DNA from: Tidjanibacter sp.
GTDB taxonomy: Bacteria > Bacteroidota > Bacteroidia > Bacteroidales > Rikenellaceae
Direction of reading: 5' to 3'
DNA length: 64,000 bases
Assembly (NCBI GenBank): GCA_017648105.1
Contig: JAGCJH010000017.1
Coordinates: 788 to 64,787 of the forward strand
Part shown: piece after piece, positions 51,423-59,647 of the stretch
Layout of the letters: every line of letters starts with the position of its first letter
Numbering within the stretch: the stretch's first letter is position 1
Program-made: the position numbers and the translations under genes
The notes under the pieces: model-generated
Databases searched by the model: none
Seen by the model: only the letters and a program-made list of their open reading frames with translations
Told to the model about the DNA's origin: nothing

Positions 51423-52136
51423 ATGAAACCCTACGGTAAGATATATATGATTCCCTGCCCCATAAGTGAGGGTAATCCCTACGATGTGCTGCCTGAGGCT
51501 AATAGGGCTGTGATGGCGAGTATCGACTATTTCATTGTGGAGAATATACGCACGGCAAGGCGCTTTCTCTCGGCGGCGAAGATTGGACGCCCCATCGAGG
51601 AGTTGGAGTTTGCCGAGTGCAATGAGCACACATCCGAAATGGAGATTGCACCCCTGCTGAAACCTGTCTTGGAGGGGCGTGATTGTGGAATTATCAGCGA
51701 GGCAGGGCTCCCTGGTGTTGCCGACCCGGGTGCAGGTGTGGTCGCTGTGGCGCAGAGTAAAGGTGTTGAGATTGTGCCACTTGTGGGTCCTTCGTCGATA
51801 CTTATGGCTCTGATGGCAAGCGGTCAGAATGGGCAGAGCTTCGCTTTCAATGGCTATCTACCCATAAAACCCGCCGATAGGGCTAAGGCGATTAAGAACT
51901 TCGAGCGAAGGGCTGTGCAGGAGGGGCAGAGCCAGATTTTCATCGAGGCACCCTACCGCAACGATAAACTCTTTGCCGACTTCCTTGCGATGCTTGCACC
52001 CGCAGTGCGACTCACGGTGGCGGTGGATATCACCTCCCCTTCGCAGGTTATCCGCACCCTTCCCGTTGCGGAGTGGCGCAAGGTCCCCAAACCCGAAATG
52101 CATAAGAAACCGACTATATTTATTATAGGTCGCTAA
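51423..52136 (+). CDS. SAM-dependent tetrapyrrole-methylase/RsmI-like methyltransferase
   Basis: ENIRTARRFL, SEAGLPGVADPG, GPSS and FIEAPYRN motifs. Confidence 0.92.
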   Translation: MKPYGKIYMIPCPISEGNPYDVLPEANRAVMASIDYFIVENIRTARRFLSAAKIGRPIEELEFAECNEHTSEMEIAPLLKPVLEGRDCGIISEAGLPGVADPGAGVVAVAQSKGVEIVPLVGPSSILMALMASGQNGQSFAFNGYLPIKPADRAKAIKNFERRAVQEGQSQIFIEAPYRNDKLFADFLAMLAPAVRLTVAVDITSPSQVIRTLPVAEWRKVPKPEMHKKPTIFIIGR

Positions 52137-52174
52137 AAAAAAGCACACTCAAAATTTTTGAGTGTGCTTTTTTT
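52135..52174 (+). terminator. intrinsic terminator insulating the phage-like cluster
   Basis: AAAAAAAAGCACACTCAAAA-TTTTGAGTGTGCTTTTTTT. Confidence 0.9.
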
Positions 52175-52177
52175 ATA

Positions 52178-52248
52178 CCCTTAACGCCCTTAGAGTCCTT
52201 AGAGTCCTTAGGGCCCTTAGAGCCTTTAATGCCCTTAAAGCCAATAAG
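52178..52248. repeat. 9-bp tandem repeat (family A, reverse)
   Basis: cgcccttag agtccttag agtccttag ggcccttag agcctttaa tgcccttaa. Confidence 0.85.
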
Positions 52249-52390
52249 GACACTCACCCCTCTTTTTTTTCTAAAAATCGCAGAAAAGTTCAAAAATCAC
52301 ACTTTTCTTATCTCGCTATTTGTGTGGATGTTGGGTGGCATAGGAGCGAGAGTTTGTGGAAAAAGTGACATCCCAAGAGAAATGCTGCTA

Positions 52391-52444
52391 TTGACAATAG
52401 GTGCGTTTTGCTATACTTTTGTTCAGAAATTGAACGCAAAAGTA
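52391..52444 (+). promoter_or_regulatory. promoter of the phage-like cluster with overlapping inverted repeat (candidate operator)
   Basis: TTG at 52391 and TACTTTTG at 52414-52421 (20-bp spacing); dyad TACTTTTG-TTCA-GAAAT-TGAA-CG-CAAAAGTA. Confidence 0.65.
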
Positions 52445-52465
52445 CAACAATAAAACAGACTACCT

Positions 52466-52873
52466 ATGAATTATCAGGCACTATTTGAGGCGCTCGGCTC
52501 GCACGCCACAGCCATCGGTTATCATCCTACGGTGGCGGACAGACTCCATCAAACGCTCCGTCACGAAGGCTTCCCCTTAGCCATTATATCCTATCCACAG
52601 CAGACCGCATCGGATGGTGTTCGGGAGGTTGAAAAGGAGTTTTCTGTGGAACTTAAACTATTGAGAGAAAACGAAGTAACACCTTCGGCAAGGGCAGAGG
52701 CTTTGTCGTTACTTATGGAGGATGCCGAGAGGCTTGCCGCAGCGCTTGCGGAGGAGAGTGCAGTGCGTGAGGTTGCTGTTATGGAACTCTCCCCTGTGGA
52801 GCGTATGCTCACGATTGTTGGCGAAGTTGCCGTTGCCTTGAAACTAAGAATCAAAACGGTAGAGTGTTGTTAA
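52466..52873 (+). CDS. hypothetical protein, putative tail terminator/completion protein
   Basis: 135 aa; FPLAIISYP strand then strand/helix pattern; size and context fit a tail terminator (inference). Confidence 0.45.
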   Translation: MNYQALFEALGSHATAIGYHPTVADRLHQTLRHEGFPLAIISYPQQTASDGVREVEKEFSVELKLLRENEVTPSARAEALSLLMEDAERLAAALAEESAVREVAVMELSPVERMLTIVGEVAVALKLRIKTVECC

Positions 52874-52936
52874 GTGGCTGAACTCACGCCTCCCCTACAC
52901 TCCCTCATCATTACTCATTACAAACTAATAACTAAT

Positions 52937-53923
52937 ATGGTACTTACTTCTACCCCTGCCGATTACTCCTCGGCATACGACCCCAATAATGAATTTCGCT
53001 TCGATGGCGTAGATCCCTCGGTGCCCACCGAGATTGTCTTCTATGATGGTTCGGGTGCTGTGGTGGGTGCTCGTCGCTACGCCCACCGTGAGAGCATCAC
53101 GACCTCGCCCCAGAACTTCCTCCAAAGGATGCTCAACCCCAAGCCCTACAACACCTCGGGATGTAAGATTGTCCTCGCCAACGACCGCCAAGCAATCCTC
53201 TCGGTGGGCTATAATGACGGGGCAAATCGCACCTCAAATATCCACTTCACGGCTGCGCAGGGCAGGGTTCCCAATCCTACGGCTTTCGGTGGCTATGAGC
53301 AGTGGCGCACAATCTCGGCAGGCGAGTGCGATGAGATAGCATTCAGGCTCCCTAATGGATGTACGCTTTCTGTGGAGTGCCGACTGAATGGCGAACAGAA
53401 GGGTGTAGTGCTCTGCTCCTCGGCAATCACAACCTCGGGTATCTATGTCGTGACCATTGATGCCGACCAGATTCTTGCCCTCAGTCCTGATGTGGAGCAG
53501 TTCGACTTTGTGGTCTTGATGTCGGGCGGTGTGGTTGGTGTTATTCACTTTGAAGTTGCCCCTGCGCCTACGGAGGGTGTGAGGCTTGCGTGGCTCAACG
53601 ATGAGGGCTACATCTCCTACCACACTTTCCGAGGTGCCCCTACCGAGCAACTCCACACTTTGCGCTCGGAGTGCGAAACGCCCAATGGTACGCAGACTCT
53701 CGGTGTGGAGAGCTGGCGTGAGAGTTCGCTTCGCAGTGGCTACCTGTCGACTGAGGGGGTTGAACGCCTTTCGGGTATTGCCACCTCGCCCCGAGTGTGG
53801 AGGGTTACGAAGGAACACTCCGAGCCCCAAATCCTTCTCTCTCACACCATCTCGACGCTCGGCAGTGGTGCCCGACAAGTGGAACTCACCATCCGTCCTG
53901 CTGGTAAGGTTTTTCGCTATTAA
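52937..53923 (+). CDS. phage structural protein, putative distal-tail/tail-tip component
   Basis: Beta-rich; LAWLNDEGYISYHTF and SGYLS..IATSPRVW resemble Bacteroidota phage proteins that precede the hub gene. Confidence 0.55.
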   Translation: MVLTSTPADYSSAYDPNNEFRFDGVDPSVPTEIVFYDGSGAVVGARRYAHRESITTSPQNFLQRMLNPKPYNTSGCKIVLANDRQAILSVGYNDGANRTSNIHFTAAQGRVPNPTAFGGYEQWRTISAGECDEIAFRLPNGCTLSVECRLNGEQKGVVLCSSAITTSGIYVVTIDADQILALSPDVEQFDFVVLMSGGVVGVIHFEVAPAPTEGVRLAWLNDEGYISYHTFRGAPTEQLHTLRSECETPNGTQTLGVESWRESSLRSGYLSTEGVERLSGIATSPRVWRVTKEHSEPQILLSHTISTLGSGARQVELTIRPAGKVFRY

Positions 53924-53952
53924 CCCTTCGCCCTTTGCACTTTGCTGTTAAT

Positions 53953-53988
53953 AATTCTCAATTCTCAATTCTCAATTCCCAATTCCCA
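53953..53988. repeat. host heptamer repeat (family B) inside the phage-like cluster
   Basis: aattctc aattctc aattctc aattccc aattccc directly before the ATG. Confidence 0.9.
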
Positions 53989-56340
53989 ATGGTAAGGCTT
54001 TATATAGACAATGAGGTTGCAGACCTCGACCCCAACTCGTCGCTCTCTATTTCGCTCTCCATTGCCTCACTCACATCCACATCGTGGGGCAGGGCGAGCT
54101 ACTCCAAGAGCATTACAATTCCTGCGACACCCCACAACCGTCGCCTGATGGGGGACTGCGAACAGCCCCTCGCATCCCAGATGTTCAACCACAAGGAGCA
54201 CACTGCACGAGTGGAGGTGCGTGGTAGTGTCATCATCGAGGGCACAATCTACCTCACAGCCTCACGACTCGGAAGGGAGGGCTACTATCGCTTCAATATT
54301 ATCGGCAATGCCCGCCAGTGGGTCAAGGGGGCAGAGGGAGCAATCTCCTCGCTGGTGGATGATTGGGGTGGCGAATACTCCGAGGAGATGATTGCCGAGA
54401 GTCTTGCGGAGGAGGGTACGCCTCTGGTGAGATTTCTGCCCGTAAGGCGAGAGGGCGGTGAGGGGTTGAAAAACTATGCAGGAAGAATTCTGCCCGAGAA
54501 CTACCATCCATTCCTCCACATCGGCACTCTCGTAGAGCGCATCTTCGCCAAGGCAGGCTATGCTGTGGAGTCCGAGTTCTTCGCCTCCGATTTTTTCCAG
54601 TCGCTCTATATGAGTGGTAGGTGGAGGGAGATGGATTGGAGTGGCTGGGCAGAGAGTATGGACTTCCGAGCCGAGAAAAGGGAGGATTCGGAGGAGGCAA
54701 ATGGTAATATCTTCGGTATGGTCTATGCCGACCCCCTCGCCAATTATAGTACGGTTGGTAACCTTGTGGATCTGCCCGCAGGGGAGGAGGGGACTTTCAA
54801 TGGTGGTGCCTTCACGCAGGAGTATTCGGGGCGTGTGAAATTCACACCCACGAGGGAGATGATGGTTGCCTTTGAGTATTTTCTCCGCTGGCGCACGGAG
54901 TATCGCATCCAATCTCGTGATAAGCTCAAAGGATTCTTCAAGATTCGCCCCTACTATGGCGATGAGTTCTCCGCATCAATGGCAAATACCTTCAAAGACC
55001 GCAGGGAGGAGGGGCTGCGCCCCAATTTTCAGTACACCTTCATCATCTTTGAGCCTATCGAGGGGGCAACCTACAAACTGATGGCAACCGAGAGGGATGA
55101 GAATGGTATTGTCAGCGGTCGAGAGCTCCTTTCGACAACCTCACGCTCGACGAAGTTCTACCACACCGAGGCAGACACCATCTATGAACTCTATGTGGAG
55201 ATGCACCACAATGGCTTCATCTCAATTCCTGCGTCGGACTGGGCGGTCTATGATGGCAATGTGAATGAGTATGGCAAAAAGGAGGTGTCGATATCGTTCC
55301 GTAGTGAGCCACGAGTTTACTCCCCGTCGGTGTCCAAGTATTTCGACCTCTTCTACTTCGGTGGTGCGGAGGAGAATATGAAGATGCAGCTCCTTGCGGG
55401 CACTTCGGTGCGCCCCGTGCTCTATCCCCACCCGATGTTGGAGCAAGAGATTGGTTGGAAGGATGTTGCGGACTACTCCTTCTCGGGGCTCGACCTGCTG
55501 GGGGCTCTGAGAGAACTCTTCGACCTGCAAATCTACACCGACCCCCTCGAACGCAAAGTCTGCATCGAGCCTCGCAGGGAGTTCTGTGACCCCGAGGTGG
55601 TTATTGACCTTTCGGAGCGAATGGATGCCTCACAGCCCATCCTCGTGGAGGAGCTCGGTGCCGACCACCCCAAGCGCCTTACACTCCGCTACCACTTGGG
55701 CGATAAGGCTTCGGAGGAGTCGAGTGCGGCAGAGGGTGTGCCCTATGGCGAGTGGAGCGCCGAGGTGGATAACATCTTCGCCTCGGAGGGAGTTAATCTC
55801 ATCTCCAACCGCCTCTTTGCCCCCTCGTGTTCCACGCTTGGTGCTGTGCGTGATGCCCCCTCAGCAAGCCTCATAGTGGCGAGCGATAGCGACGAGAGTA
55901 GCCCACGATGTGTGGCAAGGTGCAATTTCCTGCCTAAGATTGTGTCGTATAGAGGTATGCGCACTCTACCCGAGGGCGAGGTGTGGAACTACCCAACGGA
56001 GAAGGCTACCGAGTACCCTCTTGTGACCTTTTTCGATGATGGGTCGGTAGGTGGCGAGAAGATGTCGCTACTCTTTGAGGATAGAGAGGCTGTGGAGGGT
56101 TTGCACCGCTGGTGGGACGGCAGAGTGGAGGCTCTCAACCACTCACGACGCATCACACTCTACATCTCTCTCCACCCCGAGGAGATCGAACAGTTTGTCG
56201 TTCCCAACTCTACAAAGCACGATTTCAGGGCGCACTACCTGCTCACGATTGCGGGCGAAAAGGTGCTCTGTCGAATGGAAGAGATTGTGGACTACAACCC
56301 CGCCGCCCCATCGACAAAAGTGGTCTTCGTAACTGTGTAA
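53989..56340 (+). CDS. large phage tail/baseplate-hub-like protein
   Basis: N-terminal RLYIDNEVADL...SYSKSITIPATPHN and C-terminal EEIVDYNP...TKV resemble Bacteroidota phage tail proteins. Confidence 0.62.
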   Translation: MVRLYIDNEVADLDPNSSLSISLSIASLTSTSWGRASYSKSITIPATPHNRRLMGDCEQPLASQMFNHKEHTARVEVRGSVIIEGTIYLTASRLGREGYYRFNIIGNARQWVKGAEGAISSLVDDWGGEYSEEMIAESLAEEGTPLVRFLPVRREGGEGLKNYAGRILPENYHPFLHIGTLVERIFAKAGYAVESEFFASDFFQSLYMSGRWREMDWSGWAESMDFRAEKREDSEEANGNIFGMVYADPLANYSTVGNLVDLPAGEEGTFNGGAFTQEYSGRVKFTPTREMMVAFEYFLRWRTEYRIQSRDKLKGFFKIRPYYGDEFSASMANTFKDRREEGLRPNFQYTFIIFEPIEGATYKLMATERDENGIVSGRELLSTTSRSTKFYHTEADTIYELYVEMHHNGFISIPASDWAVYDGNVNEYGKKEVSISFRSEPRVYSPSVSKYFDLFYFGGAEENMKMQLLAGTSVRPVLYPHPMLEQEIGWKDVADYSFSGLDLLGALRELFDLQIYTDPLERKVCIEPRREFCDPEVVIDLSERMDASQPILVEELGADHPKRLTLRYHLGDKASEESSAAEGVPYGEWSAEVDNIFASEGVNLISNRLFAPSCSTLGAVRDAPSASLIVASDSDESSPRCVARCNFLPKIVSYRGMRTLPEGEVWNYPTEKATEYPLVTFFDDGSVGGEKMSLLFEDREAVEGLHRWWDGRVEALNHSRRITLYISLHPEEIEQFVVPNSTKHDFRAHYLLTIAGEKVLCRMEEIVDYNPAAPSTKVVFVTV

Positions 56341-56366
56341 AACTTAATTCTCAACTTGAAGAAGGT

Positions 56367-56540
56367 ATGGCAAACTATGATACAACAACAGGTGTGGTGA
56401 GCATCACTTTGGAGGAGCTTGCCTCAGCGATTGCCTCGGCGCTTAAAGAGGTGAAAATTTATGTTTTGGAGAGTGAAATTTCTGCTGCGCAGAGTGCCGT
56501 GAGGGCGGTGGTGGAGCAGGCAAATATTGTGGAACAATGA
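56367..56540 (+). CDS. 57-aa protein resembling the C-terminus of a Bacteroidota phage tape measure protein
   Basis: KIYVLESEISAAQSAVRAVVEQA; own ATG; stop overlaps the next start (ATGA). Confidence 0.5.
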   Translation: MANYDTTTGVVSITLEELASAIASALKEVKIYVLESEISAAQSAVRAVVEQANIVEQ

Positions 56541-56803
56541 GCCTCGGGAGTCGTCAGCAGGAAGAGCTAATGGAACTCCTAATGTGGGAGTGCCGAGGCT
56601 TCTCGGCAGGGCGTACCATAGCCCACCTTATGGAACGAGGACTCATCTCGGAGCCCTCCTCACGAGCCTACATCGCACGCCATAGAGTGGAGGCAAAGAT
56701 GCGACAAGGGCTCTCGAAGGTTGCAGCAATGGAGTCCGTAGCCGAGGATATTGGGAGCTCGTTTGCTTCCGTGAGAAACTACATCTACCACCAGTACAAA
56801 TAA
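56537..56803 (+). CDS. small putative helix-turn-helix protein
   Basis: C-terminal KVAAMESVAEDIGSSFASVRNYIY HTH pattern. Confidence 0.6.
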   Translation: MSLGSRQQEELMELLMWECRGFSAGRTIAHLMERGLISEPSSRAYIARHRVEAKMRQGLSKVAAMESVAEDIGSSFASVRNYIYHQYK

Positions 56804-56843
56804 AGTAACCTAAGTGACCTAAACAAGAACAAAACAAAAGATT

Positions 56844-57788
56844 ATGAACACAACGAAAAACAAAATCGCCTCCTCGCTGCGCATTGCAACCATCGATATT
56901 GATGGTATTCTCGGCACTCCCGAGCAAGAGCAGTTCGGTACGCTCGATGCTCGTGTGGCGACCTACGAACGCTTCGAGGAGGCTCTCGCCGAGATTCGTG
57001 AGGAGGGCGAAATCGACCGCCTCGTGCTCAACATCCGTTCGACGGGCGGCTGTCTGGCAGATGCACTCCTGATCTACGATACCGTGCGCTCGTTGGGTGT
57101 GGAGGTGGTTACTCGCTGCTATGGCTATGTTGCCTCGGCAGCGACCATCATCGCACAAGCGGCATCGAAGGGTTGCAGGGAGATTTCCGCCAATGCCCTC
57201 TACCTTATTCACTGCTGTGAGAGCGCCGTGGAGGGTAACACCCACTCCCTCTCTGCCACCAAAGAGCTCCTCGACAAGAGCGACGAGCGACTTGCCGAAA
57301 TCTACGCCCTCGCCTCGGGTCGTACCCCTGAGGAGTATCGTGAGCTGATGAATCGCAATAGCGGTAAGGGTGTGTGGCTCTCGCCTGAGGAGTGTGTGAA
57401 GGCAGGTCTTGCCGACAGTATCATCGCCTCCTCGCCCATCACAGATTCGGCTCGTGGGCAGATATTCGCCTTGGGACTCACTCCACTCCCTGCAAAGAGC
57501 CTCGGCGAGCGCATCCGAGAGGCGTGGGGGCAGTTGCTCTCTCAGGTGGGGCTTGGTGGAGAGGAAACCTCCGCTATTGCCCAAGCCCCAGTGGATGTGT
57601 CGGCATCCAAAGCAGAGGATAGGGTGGCAGGCGAACCCCCAGTGCCCCCTTCGAGGCTCCACACGGCACGCCCCACGCTTACAAAGGAGTGCGACGACCC
57701 CGCACCCAATGGCACCCACTCGCTCACAGCCAATCAGGCAGCCTATGAGAGCGATGTTGCGGAGCTTAAACGAGTGATGAGTAAATAG
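56844..57788 (+). CDS. ClpP-type prohead maturation protease with C-terminal scaffold-like extension
   Basis: LNIRSTGG, VASAAT (Ser), LIH (His) and WLSPEECVKAGLAD motifs; directly upstream of the capsid-like gene. Confidence 0.88.
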   Translation: MNTTKNKIASSLRIATIDIDGILGTPEQEQFGTLDARVATYERFEEALAEIREEGEIDRLVLNIRSTGGCLADALLIYDTVRSLGVEVVTRCYGYVASAATIIAQAASKGCREISANALYLIHCCESAVEGNTHSLSATKELLDKSDERLAEIYALASGRTPEEYRELMNRNSGKGVWLSPEECVKAGLADSIIASSPITDSARGQIFALGLTPLPAKSLGERIREAWGQLLSQVGLGGEETSAIAQAPVDVSASKAEDRVAGEPPVPPSRLHTARPTLTKECDDPAPNGTHSLTANQAAYESDVAELKRVMSK

Positions 57789-57836
57789 TAAATATTTCTC
57801 TATTCAAACAAATTAACCTTAAAACACAAAAACATT

Positions 57837-59066
57837 ATGGGAAAAATTGAAAACATTAAGACCTACAATGGTCAGGTATTGGACAACATCTTCTTCCGCC
57901 CTATGCTTACAGGTAAGAATGCCGAAGAGTTGGGCATCAAAGTGATGTACAATGTGCCCGTGCCCACAACCCTCCATTTCTGGAAGCGCAATGGTGATGT
58001 GCTCAAAAAGTTCACTGAGGCAGGTTGGAATGGCGGTGGCGCTGCCGACAAATACCAGAAGACCATCAACCTCGACAAGGTGAAGGCGGAGATGGCATAC
58101 TCGGCAGAGGACTACTTCTCGACCGTCTATGAGCTCATCACTGGTCGTGCGGATGTCAATCTCGATGACCTGTCGGGCACCGAGCTCGAAGATGCCGAGA
58201 CCTCACTCTTCCGTGCGTCGATTGCCGAGGGTATCCGTGCAACGATGTGGTATGGCGACAAGGAGCGCACCACAACTCTCAATACCTTCGACGGCTTTGT
58301 GAAACATCTGTGTAGGGATGTCGAGGATGGTGAGATTGTACAGCTCGGCTACATCCCCAAGAAGAACTCCTATGAGTGGGCAGAGGCACTCTTGAAGAAG
58401 ATGTGGGATGACTCCACAGATGAGCTCCACGCCTTGCGCTCGGAGGGCAACCTTGTCTATTTCGTTAGTAGCGATGTCTATAATGCCTACGAGGAGTCGC
58501 TCGACAATGTAGCAATCGAGGCTGCATATTTGGCAAAGCAGACTGGTCGTGAGGGTCTGTTCTACCGTGGTATTCCTGTGGTGGATGTGCAGATGAACGG
58601 CTACAAAGACGCAGCCTCCAACTTGCCCCAGTCTTTTGCAATCCTCACAGATCGTCGCAACCTCGCATTGGCGGTCAATACCAACGACTTCCCCGGTACC
58701 GAGGTGCGTATGTGGTATAACCCAGATATGATGGAGAATCGCCAGAGGGCAATCTTTATGGCGGGTTGCGACTACCTCTTGCCCGAGCTTGTGACCTTTG
58801 CAGTCGGTATGCCCTTGAAGAGTTATGAGGTCTGCGTCGATGACGATGTCCTCACTGTCTTCGCAAAAGTGGAAGGCGACGCAATGGGTTGGGTGGAGGA
58901 GATCCAGTTCTCAACCGAGGATGTGAATGGTGAGGTTGGACTCAACCGCACCGTGCTCGATGTTATTGATGGCTCCATCGAAAACACCTTCCGCATCACA
59001 ACCTGCTCCAAACACTGGTTTACCATCGTAACGGTGGATGGTTACACCCTTAATTTTGAGTCCTAA
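57837..59066 (+). CDS. putative major capsid protein (HK97-like)
   Basis: Follows the protease; strong A-rich translation initiation region; MWYGD..FDGF, YRGIPVV and ILTDRRNL motifs. Confidence 0.75.
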   Translation: MGKIENIKTYNGQVLDNIFFRPMLTGKNAEELGIKVMYNVPVPTTLHFWKRNGDVLKKFTEAGWNGGGAADKYQKTINLDKVKAEMAYSAEDYFSTVYELITGRADVNLDDLSGTELEDAETSLFRASIAEGIRATMWYGDKERTTTLNTFDGFVKHLCRDVEDGEIVQLGYIPKKNSYEWAEALLKKMWDDSTDELHALRSEGNLVYFVSSDVYNAYEESLDNVAIEAAYLAKQTGREGLFYRGIPVVDVQMNGYKDAASNLPQSFAILTDRRNLALAVNTNDFPGTEVRMWYNPDMMENRQRAIFMAGCDYLLPELVTFAVGMPLKSYEVCVDDDVLTVFAKVEGDAMGWVEEIQFSTEDVNGEVGLNRTVLDVIDGSIENTFRITTCSKHWFTIVTVDGYTLNFES

Positions 59067-59548
59067 TGGAACTCTCGCAGACTCTCTGTGGTAAGCACCT
59101 CGGAGGTATTGCTCGCCTCTATCTCTACGATGCTACGAAAATCCTCTCCGCCACCTACAACTCCCACTTGGGAGCCTACACCTCGGTGGCGGTGGAGGAG
59201 GGCGAGGAGCCTATGGAGGTAGTCTTTGCGGAGGGTAGCGCCTCGTGGAGCGAGAAGCGTCGGGGTGAAGATGGTGTGGAACACCGTGTGGCATTCTCGC
59301 TGCGGGGTGTGCGCCCCCAAGCGCTCACAACCCTCACAAGGCTCTCCGAGAGAGGCATTGTCGCCGAGGTGGAGAGTGAGGAGGGTGTGAAATGCTTGGT
59401 TGGCTACTCTCCCCAAGCACACGCCGACTATCCCCTAAGGCTAACCTCGGCAGAGATAGTTACGGGGTGTGAGCGTGGCGACAGACCCACAACCCACATA
59501 ACCCTCACTTCCACCGACGGGTGGTTTTCGCACGAGGTGGTAGGGTAG
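59066..59548 (+). CDS. putative tail tube (major tail) protein
   Basis: 160 aa; N-terminal C..LGGIARLYL pattern; beta-rich; coupled to the capsid stop (TAATG). Confidence 0.5.
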   Translation: MELSQTLCGKHLGGIARLYLYDATKILSATYNSHLGAYTSVAVEEGEEPMEVVFAEGSASWSEKRRGEDGVEHRVAFSLRGVRPQALTTLTRLSERGIVAEVESEEGVKCLVGYSPQAHADYPLRLTSAEIVTGCERGDRPTTHITLTSTDGWFSHEVVG

Positions 59549-59570
59549 TGGAAGAGTAATCACTTTTTTC

Positions 59571-59622
59571 GGGGGGAGGCGGTGGAGTTGCAACAAAACT
59601 CCTCTCTCCCCCTCTTTTTTTT
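59571..59622 (+). terminator. internal imperfect terminator between tube-like and portal genes
   Basis: GGGGGGAG..GGAGTT-loop-AACTCC..CTCCCCC followed by T8. Confidence 0.7.
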
Positions 59623-59647
59623 CAAACCCAAGAAACTTTCAAACGCA

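Noticed and set aside
1705-52248. Short repeat arrays as possible CRISPR
   Set aside because: Units are 7-9 bp and contiguous, with no unique spacers and no cas genes.
52391-52417. E. coli-type sigma70 promoter TTGACA...TATACT
   Set aside because: The spacer is only 15 bp; the Bacteroidota -33/-7 reading fits better.
56112-56540. 142-aa ORF or -1 frameshift fusing the hub protein to the mini tape measure
   Set aside because: The upstream part overlaps the hub gene, no classical slippery heptamer is seen, and the ATG at 56367 is the simpler start.
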